Source: Candidatus Latescibacterota bacterium
GTDB lineage: Bacteria > Krumholzibacteriota > Krumholzibacteriia > WVZY01 > JAKEHA01
Reading direction: 5' to 3'
DNA: 64,000 nt
Assembly: GCA_963707635.1 (NCBI GenBank)
Contig: OY970173.1
Span: 160,001 to 224,000, forward strand
Notes under the pieces: generated by a model
The model's database searches: none
What the model was told of the DNA's origin: nothing
Seen by the model: only the letters and a program-made list of their open reading frames with translations
In this document: positions 31,037-40,855 of the stretch, piece by piece
Position numbering within the stretch: position 1 is the stretch's first letter
Layout of the letters: the number at the start of each line of letters is the position of its first letter
Translations under genes and position numbers: made by a program

Positions 31037-31777
31037 CTACAGCGCGAAGTTGATCGCGATGCCCAGGCCATCCTGGGTCATGTCGTACTTGAAGTAGTCG
31101 CCCCCGGAGCCGGTCTCGCGGTCGAGGCTCAAGATCCGATACCCGACGCCCAACGCGACGGTATTGGACAATTCGTACGCGAGGGCTACATTGCCGAAAC
31201 CGGCGAAGTCGGACCCGCCCGCGCCGACGTCGGCGCGGATCGACGCGATCAGGCGCTTGGCGAGGTGCGTGCGGAAACGTGCTCCGACATAGATGTCCGC
31301 CCAGGTCTTGCTCCCCTCGTTCAACGGTGATCCCTGGAAATCCTCCTCCGCCTTCATCGAATACAAGCGCCCGGCCAGCCAGGCGTCCAGCTTGGGCGTC
31401 AACCGATACGCGCCCCCGACCTCCCAGATCCACTGCACGAAGCTGAGGTCGACGTCGACGAGGCTCGCCCCTACCTGGGCTTGTCTGATTTCTCCCAGCT
31501 TGACGTACGAAATGTCGGTCTGGAGCGTGAATTTCGGTTTGCGCGCTTCAAAGTAGGTCGCCCCCGCGAAATCGAGGAAACTGGCGAGATCGCTGAAGGT
31601 CGCGTCGACTGGGACGTCGCTTACGTTCGCGACACCGATCGTACCGTCGAGCCCCGCCAGCCAGGCATAGAAACCAAGATCACAATCCCATTCGTCGGCC
31701 GACGCGGGAGACGCCCACACCAGCGAAGCGGCAGTCAGGAGAACACCGAGCGGCACGAAAAAGCGGTTGAGCGTCAT
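31037..31777 (-). CDS. outer-membrane beta-barrel hypothetical protein
   Basis: Signal peptide, amphipathic strands, C-terminal GLGIAINFAL. Confidence 0.75.
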   Translation of the reverse strand: MTLNRFFVPLGVLLTAASLVWASPASADEWDCDLGFYAWLAGLDGTIGVANVSDVPVDATFSDLASFLDFAGATYFEARKPKFTLQTDISYVKLGEIRQAQVGASLVDVDLSFVQWIWEVGGAYRLTPKLDAWLAGRLYSMKAEEDFQGSPLNEGSKTWADIYVGARFRTHLAKRLIASIRADVGAGGSDFAGFGNVALAYELSNTVALGVGYRILSLDRETGSGGDYFKYDMTQDGLGIAINFAL

Positions 31778-31809
31778 AGTCGACCTCTCATGGTCTGCGT
31801 GGAGACCGG

Positions 31810-31838
31810 ACTCTACTCGCCTGTGCCGTATCTGTCAA
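31810..31838 (-). promoter_or_regulatory. sigma70 promoter
   Basis: TTGACA-N17-TAGAGT, 32 nt upstream of the 31777 start. Confidence 0.7.
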
Positions 31839-31883
31839 TCCGCCCGCATCCCCGGTTGGTGGCGTTGCAAGAACCCGTCGCGG

Positions 31884-32486
31884 TTACTTGAGCCGGGCGC
31901 GGTAGAATTCCTCGGCCCGGGTGACGGCTCGTGCGAGCCGGTCTCCAAACGGGTCCTTGCCCTCCTTGCTCAATCTGGAATAGAGAACGCGGTGCATGAC
32001 CAGGTTCTCGGCGTCGCGCTCCTCTTTCTTGCCTTCCTGATCCCGGTGGCGCGCAAACGCGGTTTCCTCCTCGAAGTACAACTCGTAGGTGAGGAACAGG
32101 TCGTTGATCGCATCGAGCAGGTCTTCCAGCGCTTCCTTGGCGGGATCGCCCCACACCGCGAGCGCACCTTGCTGGGCGAGCAGGAGATCTCCCCGGGCAT
32201 TGCCGACTCTAACCAGACGCCTCTGGTACGATTGAGCTTCGACATGAACTTTGAATTCTTCGAGACCCGTGGCCGGCGTTTGCGTGACGCCTTCCACCGG
32301 AAAGATGAATCGGCCTCGCGCCTCGATCACCGCCTCGCGCACCGCGTAGAGCGTCTGAAGGACCTTGAGCGCGCTCTGATACTCGGTGGTTCCCCTCAAT
32401 TGGCGACGCCACGCATTCACACCCAGGAATGCGACGACCGCCGCGGCGAGCGCGGAGACACTGACAATGAGATCGTCTGCCGACAC
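31884..32486 (-). CDS. hypothetical protein, N-terminal TM plus helical domain (start uncertain)
   Basis: VSADDLIVSVSALAAAVVAFLGVNAWRRQL then charged helices. Confidence 0.6.
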   Translation of the reverse strand: MSADDLIVSVSALAAAVVAFLGVNAWRRQLRGTTEYQSALKVLQTLYAVREAVIEARGRFIFPVEGVTQTPATGLEEFKVHVEAQSYQRRLVRVGNARGDLLLAQQGALAVWGDPAKEALEDLLDAINDLFLTYELYFEEETAFARHRDQEGKKEERDAENLVMHRVLYSRLSKEGKDPFGDRLARAVTRAEEFYRARLK

Positions 32487-32664
32487 AGTGGACTGATCGC
32501 CCCCATACCGGAAAGTTGTATGGCCGTGCCGGGCTCGACAAGTGTGATTCGGGCGCGCGTGTGCCTCGTGACGGCCGCGCGGATACCATCCGCCCTCCTG
32601 GGGAACAACTGGGAATACGCGCAAGAGAGAAAAGGCACGATTGATGCAACCGCGGGGTCGCCAC

Positions 32665-33252
32665 ATGGAATCCGTCTATTCAAACTGGAAGGCGCTGCGA
32701 AACGGCGTGATCGTCTCGGTCATCGTGCTCTACCTGGTGGAACCGACGATGAGGCTGGCCCTCGACGTGATCCCCGAGTTCGGCGGCCGCTTCTATCAGA
32801 TGGTCTGGGACCGGGCCGCTCGACAGGCCGCGCTCGGCGGACAGTATCTGGACTTCGCTCTGCTCGCGGTCGCGTTCTCGGCCGTGGTGGGAGCCGTCAT
32901 CGCGCGCTTCGCCGCCGACGCCGGGTTCACCCGCATCTTCCGACGCAGGGGACGAAAGACCACTGCATCCGCGTCCGGGTGGTCGGATCCGAGATTCGTG
33001 CTCCTGCTCTTCATCCTGGCCACACCCGCGGCGGCCACCACTCTGCTGGTGGATTTTGCAGCCCAGCAAATGAAGCTTTCGTTCCATCAGCGGCTCGCGG
33101 TGCTGGCGCCGGCGGTGTCGGAGGAATCGGAGGAGATCCTGCGGGCGAAGTTTGCGGGTCTGCGCGATCTCAGCGACTACCACAGCTTGAATGCCGACCT
33201 CGACCGGCTGGCCCGCGAAATGAACGTCGAAATCCCCGCGCCCTTGCTGTAG
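32665..33252 (+). CDS. hypothetical membrane protein
   Basis: Three hydrophobic segments, about 195 aa. Confidence 0.6.
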   Translation: MESVYSNWKALRNGVIVSVIVLYLVEPTMRLALDVIPEFGGRFYQMVWDRAARQAALGGQYLDFALLAVAFSAVVGAVIARFAADAGFTRIFRRRGRKTTASASGWSDPRFVLLLFILATPAAATTLLVDFAAQQMKLSFHQRLAVLAPAVSEESEEILRAKFAGLRDLSDYHSLNADLDRLAREMNVEIPAPLL

Positions 33253-33262
33253 TTCTCGCGGA

Positions 33263-35599
33263 TCAGAACACGTTTTCGGTCGTCCGTTTCAGCTCACGCG
33301 AGTGCCGGTAGAGCTCTTCTGGAGTCATCTTCTTCAGGAAGACCATGCCGCGAGTCGCCCGAATCAGCGCGCTGGGGTGCTCATAGAAGTGCTCGCTCCC
33401 CAGGCAGGTCTTGATCATTTCGTATTGCTCCACCTGGATGCGCTGGGCCAGCTCGGAAAACGGCCCATCGTGTTCGTAGCTCGGGAACGATGCGTCTTTC
33501 TGCGAGACGAACGTGTTCATGAAGGCGCTGTGCTGGAGCGCGAACATGTTGAGCGAAACCGGGACGAACAGGTCCGCCTCGGCGGGGTGGAAGCGGTACC
33601 AGACATTCCGATAGCCGAGGATTGTGATCTCACTCGCTCCGGTTTCCTCCTCGTACAACTTGAGCGATTCGCTGAGCGCCTGGAGTGCCTTGTAGTGGGT
33701 GTCGGGCCCGCTCGCCTCCGGGTCCAAAGCCAGCGTGATCACGTCGGGCTTCACTTCGCGCAGGAGCTCGAGAATCGGCGGCACGTCCCGATCGCGCGTC
33801 GGTTCGTCGGTGAAGATATCGCCGGTGTAGAATCCCAGGCGCAGGTGCCGGACCGACTCGCCTCTCCAGCCGAAGTATCCCCAGAGGCACTCGGCCTCCC
33901 ACTCCCGGCACATCCCCTTGAGCCTCTGAATATGATCGAGGTCCTTCTGGCCCGGGTATTCGGTCTCGAAGTAATAGATCAACTCGTCGACGCGGTCCTT
34001 GATGCTCGCGGAATCGGTCTCGTCGTAGACCTCTACCAGGTTGCGGTAGAGCCTTCGCATTTCGCCATCGTCGCGTTTCGCCCGCAGGCCGGCCGCCACC
34101 CCGTCCAGGTATTGCCACACGTCGCCGTTGCGGAACGCGCCGTCGGCCGGGTCGAAGTAGCCGTCCGCCGCGAGCGCCGCGAAGGCCTCGGAGTCGATGA
34201 ACTCCTTGAGCTTTCTTACCTGCCGGAGCATGTACGCGTTGGTCACGGCGGTGAAGCCGCTGGTGAGCGCCGAGAAGTAATGACGCGTGCTGTGCTCCCG
34301 GATGTGGCGCACGATCAGCGGCAGGCACCCCAGGATGAGGTCGTCGTGGTGCGGTTCGGTGTGGAGAAAGACGGCCTTCTTGAACGTCCGGGTGCCTGCT
34401 TCCATCTTCTTCTGGAGACGCCGGGCGACGCGGTCGCACACGCCGCGCACGTCGCCGATCCCCTTCTTCAGCAGCGCCGCGGTGACCGGGTGCTCGCGAA
34501 AATCGTCCTCGGTGAGGAACGCGATACGCGTCTGCCTCGCCAGCGAGAGGTCGATCACCGCCCGCTCGATCTGGGGTTCCTCGACTCCGTCCGATGCGAC
34601 CAGCGCGGCCAGCTGGCGGGCTTCCAGGCTCCGGGCCGCTCCGCGCGTGAGGTAGAAGCGCGCGTTGGGCAGCGCCTGCAGCGCCGAGGCGGGGTAGCGG
34701 ATGTGCCGCTGGTTCTGAATCGCGTCGCGCACGATCCCGGCCTTGGCCTCGCCGGCGGCGATGACGATGGCCGTGCACTCGGGATTGTAGGTGATCGTCG
34801 CCAGACCCACCGTGATCACGAGACGTTTTCGCGCCACCTCGATCCCGCCGAGATCCGCCGCGGCGGCAGCCTGGGTCTCGTAGTTCACCGCGCTCAACCG
34901 CGTGGTGGAATACAGATCCGATCCCCGCACGTTGAAGCCGATGTGGCCGTCCGGTCCAATGCCGCCCAGGAAGAATCCGATGCCGCCGAGGTTGCGGATG
35001 CGCTCTTCGTATTCGGTGCACCACTCGTCGATCTGCTGGATGACTTCTTTCTGAATCTCCTCGCGATTCGAGTTGGCCAGGCGGTAGCGCAGGCTCAAGT
35101 CCACTTCGTCGTCGGGCCAGACATCCCCCAGGCTCCGGCCCGGGGGCAGTCCGATGCGGCTGCCGTCGATCAGAAGCGCGCGGGCGGGATCCAGCCCGAA
35201 GCCTTCAATGTAGTAGCGGCTGACGTAGTAATGGAAGCTGTTGTGGTGCAGCGGATTCATGGGGTAGAACTCGTCGATCTGCACGAAACGGAGCCCCTTC
35301 AAGATGCACGCCGCGCCCGGGTCCACGCTTCGCTCCGCCAGTTCGCGCTGGATGGCCGGCTGCTCCCAGCCCTTCAGAAAGCGCTTCACCTCCTTGATAA
35401 AGTACTCCGGGGTCTTGCCGGTCGGCAGTGCGACGACGCCTTCCGGGTTCTGCTGCACCCATTCGATGAAACGCAGCGCGGCGAGCGTCCCGAGGTCGGG
35501 AAAGGAATCCACGACGATCACGCCGCACTTTTCGGACGGGGCGTAGGTGAGACGCTCCCCCGTCGACTCCAGCGCTCGTTGTTCAACCCGTGAGTTCAT
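33263..35599 (-). CDS. nagB: glucosamine-6-phosphate deaminase fused to PIG-L-like deacetylase domain
   Basis: LPTGKTP, QIDEF, GGIGPDGHIGFN; C-terminal half EPHHDD, ALDP..GPDTH; AAGGAG SD. Confidence 0.88.
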   Translation of the reverse strand: MNSRVEQRALESTGERLTYAPSEKCGVIVVDSFPDLGTLAALRFIEWVQQNPEGVVALPTGKTPEYFIKEVKRFLKGWEQPAIQRELAERSVDPGAACILKGLRFVQIDEFYPMNPLHHNSFHYYVSRYYIEGFGLDPARALLIDGSRIGLPPGRSLGDVWPDDEVDLSLRYRLANSNREEIQKEVIQQIDEWCTEYEERIRNLGGIGFFLGGIGPDGHIGFNVRGSDLYSTTRLSAVNYETQAAAAADLGGIEVARKRLVITVGLATITYNPECTAIVIAAGEAKAGIVRDAIQNQRHIRYPASALQALPNARFYLTRGAARSLEARQLAALVASDGVEEPQIERAVIDLSLARQTRIAFLTEDDFREHPVTAALLKKGIGDVRGVCDRVARRLQKKMEAGTRTFKKAVFLHTEPHHDDLILGCLPLIVRHIREHSTRHYFSALTSGFTAVTNAYMLRQVRKLKEFIDSEAFAALAADGYFDPADGAFRNGDVWQYLDGVAAGLRAKRDDGEMRRLYRNLVEVYDETDSASIKDRVDELIYYFETEYPGQKDLDHIQRLKGMCREWEAECLWGYFGWRGESVRHLRLGFYTGDIFTDEPTRDRDVPPILELLREVKPDVITLALDPEASGPDTHYKALQALSESLKLYEEETGASEITILGYRNVWYRFHPAEADLFVPVSLNMFALQHSAFMNTFVSQKDASFPSYEHDGPFSELAQRIQVEQYEMIKTCLGSEHFYEHPSALIRATRGMVFLKKMTPEELYRHSRELKRTTENVF

Positions 35600-35817
35600 G
35601 GCTCCTTTCGCCGGGCATCTTAGCAGGAACTCCGCGGCGACTCACCCACGGGTTGCGTGGTCGCGGGGCGCCGGCGGGCGCGACACGATTTCCCGTGGCC
35701 GCGGCCACGTGGTTAGGCTATAGTCGGGCTTCCGGCTTCGGGGCGTCGCCTCTGGGTGCGCCCCGGTTCCGTGCCGGCGACCCTCCCAGCCCCGCTCCGC
35801 ATCCCTGGAGGCTTACG

Positions 35818-35892
35818 TTGAGACACGACCGCCGTGTCGGCCGGGAGCATGCGCGGCCCTTACACATGGACAGCTTTACTGGTGATGCCTGA
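35818..35892 (+). CDS. candidate 24-aa leader ORF upstream of rho
   Basis: GGAGG + 6 nt + TTG; reads through the rho ATG and stops just after it (ATGCCTGA). Confidence 0.35.
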   Translation: MRHDRRVGREHARPLHMDSFTGDA

Positions 35893-37033
35893 CCGATCCA
35901 CACAAGGTACGAAGCCCGGCCCGCGACCGCCGGACCCCACGCCCGGCACCGCCTCCGGAGTCCTGGAGGTGGTCGAGCGGCGCGGTGGTTTCCTGCGCAG
36001 CGCCGAACGCTCGTTCCACCCGGATCCCGGCGATGCGTTCGTGTCGCCGCAGCTAATCAGTCAGTTCGGGCTGGTTACCGGGGCGGTGGTGTGCGGCCCC
36101 GTCCAGGCGGCGAAGCCGAGCCCGAAGCTCACTGACGTCCAGAGCGTGTGCGGATTATCGCCCGAGGCCTACCGCGGGCGAACGCCGTTCGTCCAGCTGC
36201 AGGCGATCAACCCCGACCGGCGTTTCCATCTCGGCGTCGGCGGCAATCCCTCCATGCGTATCGTGGACCTGGTCGCCCCCGTCGGCCGGGGCACGCGCGG
36301 GCTCATCGTCGCCCCGCCCAAGACCGGCAAGACGCGCCTGCTGGAAGAACTCACCATCGCCATCCACGCCGACGCGCCGGAGGCGCGCATCGTGGTTCTT
36401 CTGATCGACGAGCGCCCGGAAGAAGTGACGCATTTTCGCCGCCAGGTGCCCGCCGAGGTGCTGGCCAGCAGCAGCGACCAGGCCGTCGAAAAACACGTCC
36501 ACCTCGCCAACATGTGCATGGCCCAGGTCCGTTGCGAACTGGAGTGCGGCCACGAAGTGGTCGTGATGGTGGACAGCATCACCCGCATGGGGCGCGCGTT
36601 CAACCAGCACGGCTCGGGATCGGGGCGAACCATGAGCGGCGGGCTGGATTCGCGGGCGCTGGAGATCCCGCGCAAGTTCTTCGGAATGGCGCGCAACGTG
36701 GAAAACGGCGGCTCCATCACCGTGATCGCCAGCGCGCTGATCGAGACCGGCTCGCGCATGGACGACATGATCTTCGAAGAGTTCAAGGGGACGGGCAACA
36801 GTGAGATCGTCCTGGACCGGTCGCTGGCGGACTCACGGGTGTTTCCCGCGATCAACCTCCGCGGAACCGGGACCCGCCGCGACGAGCTCCTCTATTCCGC
36901 CGCGGAGATGAACGCGATCAACAAGCTGCGCCGCCGGATTCTGGACATGCCCCCGCCGCAGGCCATCGAAACCCTGCTCAAACTGCTGGAACAATTCCCG
37001 ACCAACGAGGACCTGCTGAAGAGCCTCGCGTGA
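35885..37033 (+). CDS. rho: transcription termination factor Rho (compact form)
   Basis: GFLRS RNP1-like, APPKTGKT, LIDERPEEVT, DSITR, IFEEFKGTGNSE, FPAI...GTRR. Confidence 0.93.
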   Translation: MPDRSTQGTKPGPRPPDPTPGTASGVLEVVERRGGFLRSAERSFHPDPGDAFVSPQLISQFGLVTGAVVCGPVQAAKPSPKLTDVQSVCGLSPEAYRGRTPFVQLQAINPDRRFHLGVGGNPSMRIVDLVAPVGRGTRGLIVAPPKTGKTRLLEELTIAIHADAPEARIVVLLIDERPEEVTHFRRQVPAEVLASSSDQAVEKHVHLANMCMAQVRCELECGHEVVVMVDSITRMGRAFNQHGSGSGRTMSGGLDSRALEIPRKFFGMARNVENGGSITVIASALIETGSRMDDMIFEEFKGTGNSEIVLDRSLADSRVFPAINLRGTGTRRDELLYSAAEMNAINKLRRRILDMPPPQAIETLLKLLEQFPTNEDLLKSLA

Positions 37034-37084
37034 GCGGGCGCTGGAGAAAGCTCAAGGGTAGGCACCTGCAGGCGTCGCCCCGGA

Positions 37085-38170
37085 TCACGTTCCCAGCGGA
37101 TCGGTCTGCGTCTGCTCCCGGGCGTCGAAGCAGATGTTGCATACGCGGTTGAAGGCCCGGAAGCCGGACATCTCCACGTCCGGCGACAGGAATCCATCGT
37201 GCACCGGCTCGTCGCGCAACAGGTCGGTGCTCAAGTACTTCTTGTTGTCGTCGGGCAGCACGGTCACCACCACCGCATCCGCTCCCATCTCGTTCTGTAT
37301 CTTCAGCGCTCCCAGAAAATTGGCTCCGGACGAGATACCCACCCCCAGCCCGGCCTCGCTCGCGAGCTTGCGAGCCATCAGGATCGCGTCGCCGTCGTCG
37401 ACGCTCACCACGTCGTCCAGCTCCGAGAGGTCGACGATGGGCGGGATGAATTCGTCGGAGACACCCTGGATGCGGTGCGTGCCGACGCGGTGTCCGGTGG
37501 AAAGCGTGGGAGAGTTCGCCGGCTCCAGCGGGTGAGCCTTCACGCCGGGATGGCGGCGCTTCAGGTAGCGGCCGGCGCCCATGATGGTTCCCCCGGTACC
37601 GACACCGGCCACGATCGCGTCCGGCCGCAGCCCGTGGGCCTCGAGCTGAAACGAGATCTCCGGCCCCGTGCCGAGCCCGTGTGCTTCCACGTTGTGCTGG
37701 TTGGAGAACTGACTCGGCAGGAACCCGTTCGCCATTGATTCACCCAGCGCCTCCGCCCGCTCGATACTTCCGCGGAAGCCGCCCTCCTCCCGGCTGACCA
37801 GGTGAATCTCCGCTCCGTAGGCCCGGATCAGGTTGATACGCTCGACACTCATCCAGTCGGGCATGAAGATGTGGACCGGATGGCCCATCGCGCGTCCGAT
37901 TCCCGCGAACGCGATGCCCGTGTTCCCGCTGGTGGCTTCTATGATGGCGTCGCCTGGAGCGAGGCGGCCGGTCTCGTACGCGCGCCGGATGATGTGGAGC
38001 GCCATCCGGTCCTTGATGCTCCCGGTCATGTTGAGGTTTTCCGCCTTCGCATACAGAACGCGCCGCTCACCGCGAAAGCGAAATTCGAGCGCGAGCAGGG
38101 GCGTATTGCCCACGAGCCGGCTTAGTCCGAGAAGACGCCGCTCGATGTCCCCGCCGATGTCCAAGGTCAT
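37085..38170 (-). CDS. PLP-dependent cysteine synthase-family protein
   Basis: [38 protein letters not shown]. Confidence 0.9.
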   Translation of the reverse strand: MTLDIGGDIERRLLGLSRLVGNTPLLALEFRFRGERRVLYAKAENLNMTGSIKDRMALHIIRRAYETGRLAPGDAIIEATSGNTGIAFAGIGRAMGHPVHIFMPDWMSVERINLIRAYGAEIHLVSREEGGFRGSIERAEALGESMANGFLPSQFSNQHNVEAHGLGTGPEISFQLEAHGLRPDAIVAGVGTGGTIMGAGRYLKRRHPGVKAHPLEPANSPTLSTGHRVGTHRIQGVSDEFIPPIVDLSELDDVVSVDDGDAILMARKLASEAGLGVGISSGANFLGALKIQNEMGADAVVVTVLPDDNKKYLSTDLLRDEPVHDGFLSPDVEMSGFRAFNRVCNICFDAREQTQTDPLGT

Positions 38171-38212
38171 GTCTGTCTCCAGCTCGGCTTGCGCTATTGT
38201 AGACCCGCTGGC

Positions 38213-40252
38213 CTACCGCAGCACGACGAACTTCTGCGTGACCGCGCCCTGCCCACTCTCCAGACGGAGGAAATACGCGCCCGAAGCGAGCCGCGAGGTG
38301 TCCATGGTCTCGAACCGGACTCCGGCTCCGGTTGACGAGGACAAATACGAAAGTACCGGACGCCCTCTGACGTCGTACACGTGCACGACCACCGCGCCGC
38401 CGTCGCCAACCGCGTATTCCAGCGACAGGGCGTTCTTGGTCGGGTTGGGCGCGAGCGTCAAGATGACGGGTTGTGCCGGCACCTGCGAAGCGGCCACCGA
38501 GTCGACTTCCTCGTGGAGAATCCACTGGTCCGGATCGATGGTAATGGTCTTCGGGCGGGATGACACCATGATCTCGAAGACCTGAGTCCGCTGGCTGTTG
38601 CGGACACGTACGCGCTCCTCCCCATCCACGGTCCGAACCGAAATATCCAGCGGCATCTCGAAGACGGATACGTTGGACTGGGGCATTTCCTGCGTCTGCC
38701 AGACCGTGACCCACACCCGGTAGCCGGAGCCCTCCGGCAGCCAGCGGGCGCCGAGCCGGTATGACGGGTGGCCGGTGCCATCGGTCACCCATTGCTTGAA
38801 GAAGGCATCGAGATCGAGGCCGGATTCCGTCTCCGCAACCCGATGGAGATCGTCGGTCTCCGCCACACCGTAGCGCACGGATGGCTCCGAAGCCCAGGCT
38901 GAGAGGATGTCCCGGAACGCTTGCTCCCCGACGACCTGACGAAGCATGTGCAGAACGACCGCACCCTTCGCATAAACGCGCCTTCCGTCGAACATGTTGT
39001 TCACGCTGGTAGTATCCTGGAGCACCAGCGTCCCGCTCGCGTCAAGCGCCGTCCAGTAGCGTGATGCGAGCACCGCCTCCGCGTTGCCGGGGTACGCGGA
39101 CGCCCGCTCCTGCCAGTAGATGATCTCCGCGTACGTCGCCAGTCCTTCGTTCAACCACAGGTGCGGCCACTGCTTCGGCGAGATGCTGTCGCCGAACCAC
39201 TGGTGCGAAAGTTCGTGCGAGACCAGCCCCAGGGCCGAGCCACCGAGCGAAGCCATCGTCTGGTGCTCCATGCCACCGCCGAAGGTGAACTCGGCATGCC
39301 CGTATTTCTCATTGGGGAACGGATACGGCCCGAACCAGTCCTCGAACACGGCGAGCACGTCGGCCACGGACGCCCATCCGGCCGGCAGGGCCGAGTTGGT
39401 GTCGTTGTAGACGAGGTGAACGAGGGGCAATGAGAGCGGGCCGAAGCGGGCTTCGAGGGCGGCCGGCCGGTCGTAGGTCCCCTGATAGGTCACGTAATCG
39501 CCGATGGCAACGGAGACGAGATAGCTCGAAATCGGGTAATGCGACACCCACTCGTACGTCGTCATTCCCAGCGCGGAGGATTCGCGCTCCAGGACTCCCT
39601 GCGACCCGACCCGGTACAGCGACGGAACCGTGACCGAGACGCGGATGGAATCCGCCTTGTCGGAAGGATGGTCCTTGCACGGCCACCATTCGCGCGCCCC
39701 GTAGGGCTCCGAGAGACTCCACGCGAGCCGCTGGCCGTTGCGCGTCCCGAAGAAAAAGTTGCCAAGCCCGTCGACCAGCGGCCGGCCGCCATAGGTAACG
39801 TCGACAGTGACGAGGCCCCCCACGGCCACGGACCCACCGAGGTCGATGTTCAGCGCGGCGCCCGGGTGCGAGAAAGCGAGCGGGGTTCCGTCCGAACGCG
39901 CGACGGCGGTCACCACCATCGAGGGGGCGAGGTCGAGCGTCATCGCGGACATCGGGGAACCCACCACGGTGCCGGCGACGCGCACCACACCCGCGATCGT
40001 ATCCGTGGTGAAGTCGGGCGCGATGCGCAGGTGATAGAAGGTGACGTCCAGGTTGGGGCTCGCGACAGACGCGGGGCTTCGGTGCGCGCGCGTCGCCAGG
40101 GTGGATTTGGCGGCCGCGCAACCGGCCGCGCCGTCCCCCGCGGCCTGGGGCACGGTCGGCCCGCCGGCGAGTTGAGCGTGGGGGGTCGCGGGCCAGAAGG
40201 AGCCCGCTGCCATCAGGGCCGTGATGACGGCGTGGTAAATGAAACGGTGCAT
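38213..40252 (-). CDS. M1-family aminopeptidase with T9SS-like C-terminal domain
   Basis: GGMEH, HELSHQW...WLNEGLA, YAKG; APNPT..ASGAYFLRL..KFVVLR; TATAAT upstream. Confidence 0.92.
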   Translation of the reverse strand: MHRFIYHAVITALMAAGSFWPATPHAQLAGGPTVPQAAGDGAAGCAAAKSTLATRAHRSPASVASPNLDVTFYHLRIAPDFTTDTIAGVVRVAGTVVGSPMSAMTLDLAPSMVVTAVARSDGTPLAFSHPGAALNIDLGGSVAVGGLVTVDVTYGGRPLVDGLGNFFFGTRNGQRLAWSLSEPYGAREWWPCKDHPSDKADSIRVSVTVPSLYRVGSQGVLERESSALGMTTYEWVSHYPISSYLVSVAIGDYVTYQGTYDRPAALEARFGPLSLPLVHLVYNDTNSALPAGWASVADVLAVFEDWFGPYPFPNEKYGHAEFTFGGGMEHQTMASLGGSALGLVSHELSHQWFGDSISPKQWPHLWLNEGLATYAEIIYWQERASAYPGNAEAVLASRYWTALDASGTLVLQDTTSVNNMFDGRRVYAKGAVVLHMLRQVVGEQAFRDILSAWASEPSVRYGVAETDDLHRVAETESGLDLDAFFKQWVTDGTGHPSYRLGARWLPEGSGYRVWVTVWQTQEMPQSNVSVFEMPLDISVRTVDGEERVRVRNSQRTQVFEIMVSSRPKTITIDPDQWILHEEVDSVAASQVPAQPVILTLAPNPTKNALSLEYAVGDGGAVVVHVYDVRGRPVLSYLSSSTGAGVRFETMDTSRLASGAYFLRLESGQGAVTQKFVVLR

Positions 40253-40395
40253 GGAAGCAGCGGCTGCGACGCACTCATTATAGAAGCATCCGGGACCGGC
40301 GCGCAATCGCCGAACCCCGGGCCGACCGCCCGCTTTCTCACCACCGACCTCACGTCGGAATACGTGCGAATCAACGCGGACTACTCGACGTAGCG

Positions 40396-40854
40396 CTACC
40401 GGCCGACCGCCCGGCCCAGATCACGCTTCGGCCGACATATCGCCGCCAGGGTGGCGACGACCTGCACGTCCTGCTCACGCGAGTGAGCGTCCCGGGCGAT
40501 ATCGTCGAGCGAGACCATCCCGACCACGTGCCCATCGTTATCGACGACGGGCAGTCGCCGAATCCGCTTCACCGCCATGAGCCGCTCCACCGATTCGATG
40601 GAGTCCTGCGGCCGGGCCGCGACCACCTTCGTCGTCATCGCCTGATCCACATGGATCCCCCGCAGGGGAAGCCCTTCGTTGTGCGCAGCCACGCAGATGT
40701 CGCGATCGGTGACGATCCCGGCGAGGTGCCCGTCTCTCCCGATCACCGGGAGGACGCCGCAGTTCTTCTCGAGCATCAACTTCACGGCGGTGTCCAGCGT
40801 GTCGTTGGGGCGACACAACGCCACCGAGCGCGTCATGAGTTTATCGATACGCAT
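40396..40854 (-). CDS. CBS-domain protein
   Basis: GVLPV..GIVTDRD, IRRLPVV..GMVSLDD. Confidence 0.88.
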   Translation of the reverse strand: MRIDKLMTRSVALCRPNDTLDTAVKLMLEKNCGVLPVIGRDGHLAGIVTDRDICVAAHNEGLPLRGIHVDQAMTTKVVAARPQDSIESVERLMAVKRIRRLPVVDNDGHVVGMVSLDDIARDAHSREQDVQVVATLAAICRPKRDLGRAVGR

Positions 40855-40855
40855 T

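Noticed and set aside
31780..33260. Integron cassettes or IS boundaries around the orphan genes
   Set aside because: No attC-like inverted cores, terminal inverted repeats or recombinase seen, and the genes are divergent
35617..35645. Third copy of the ECF promoter (GCGGCGACTCAC) upstream of rho
   Set aside because: The -10 part matches but the -35 position reads ATCTT, not AAwCC
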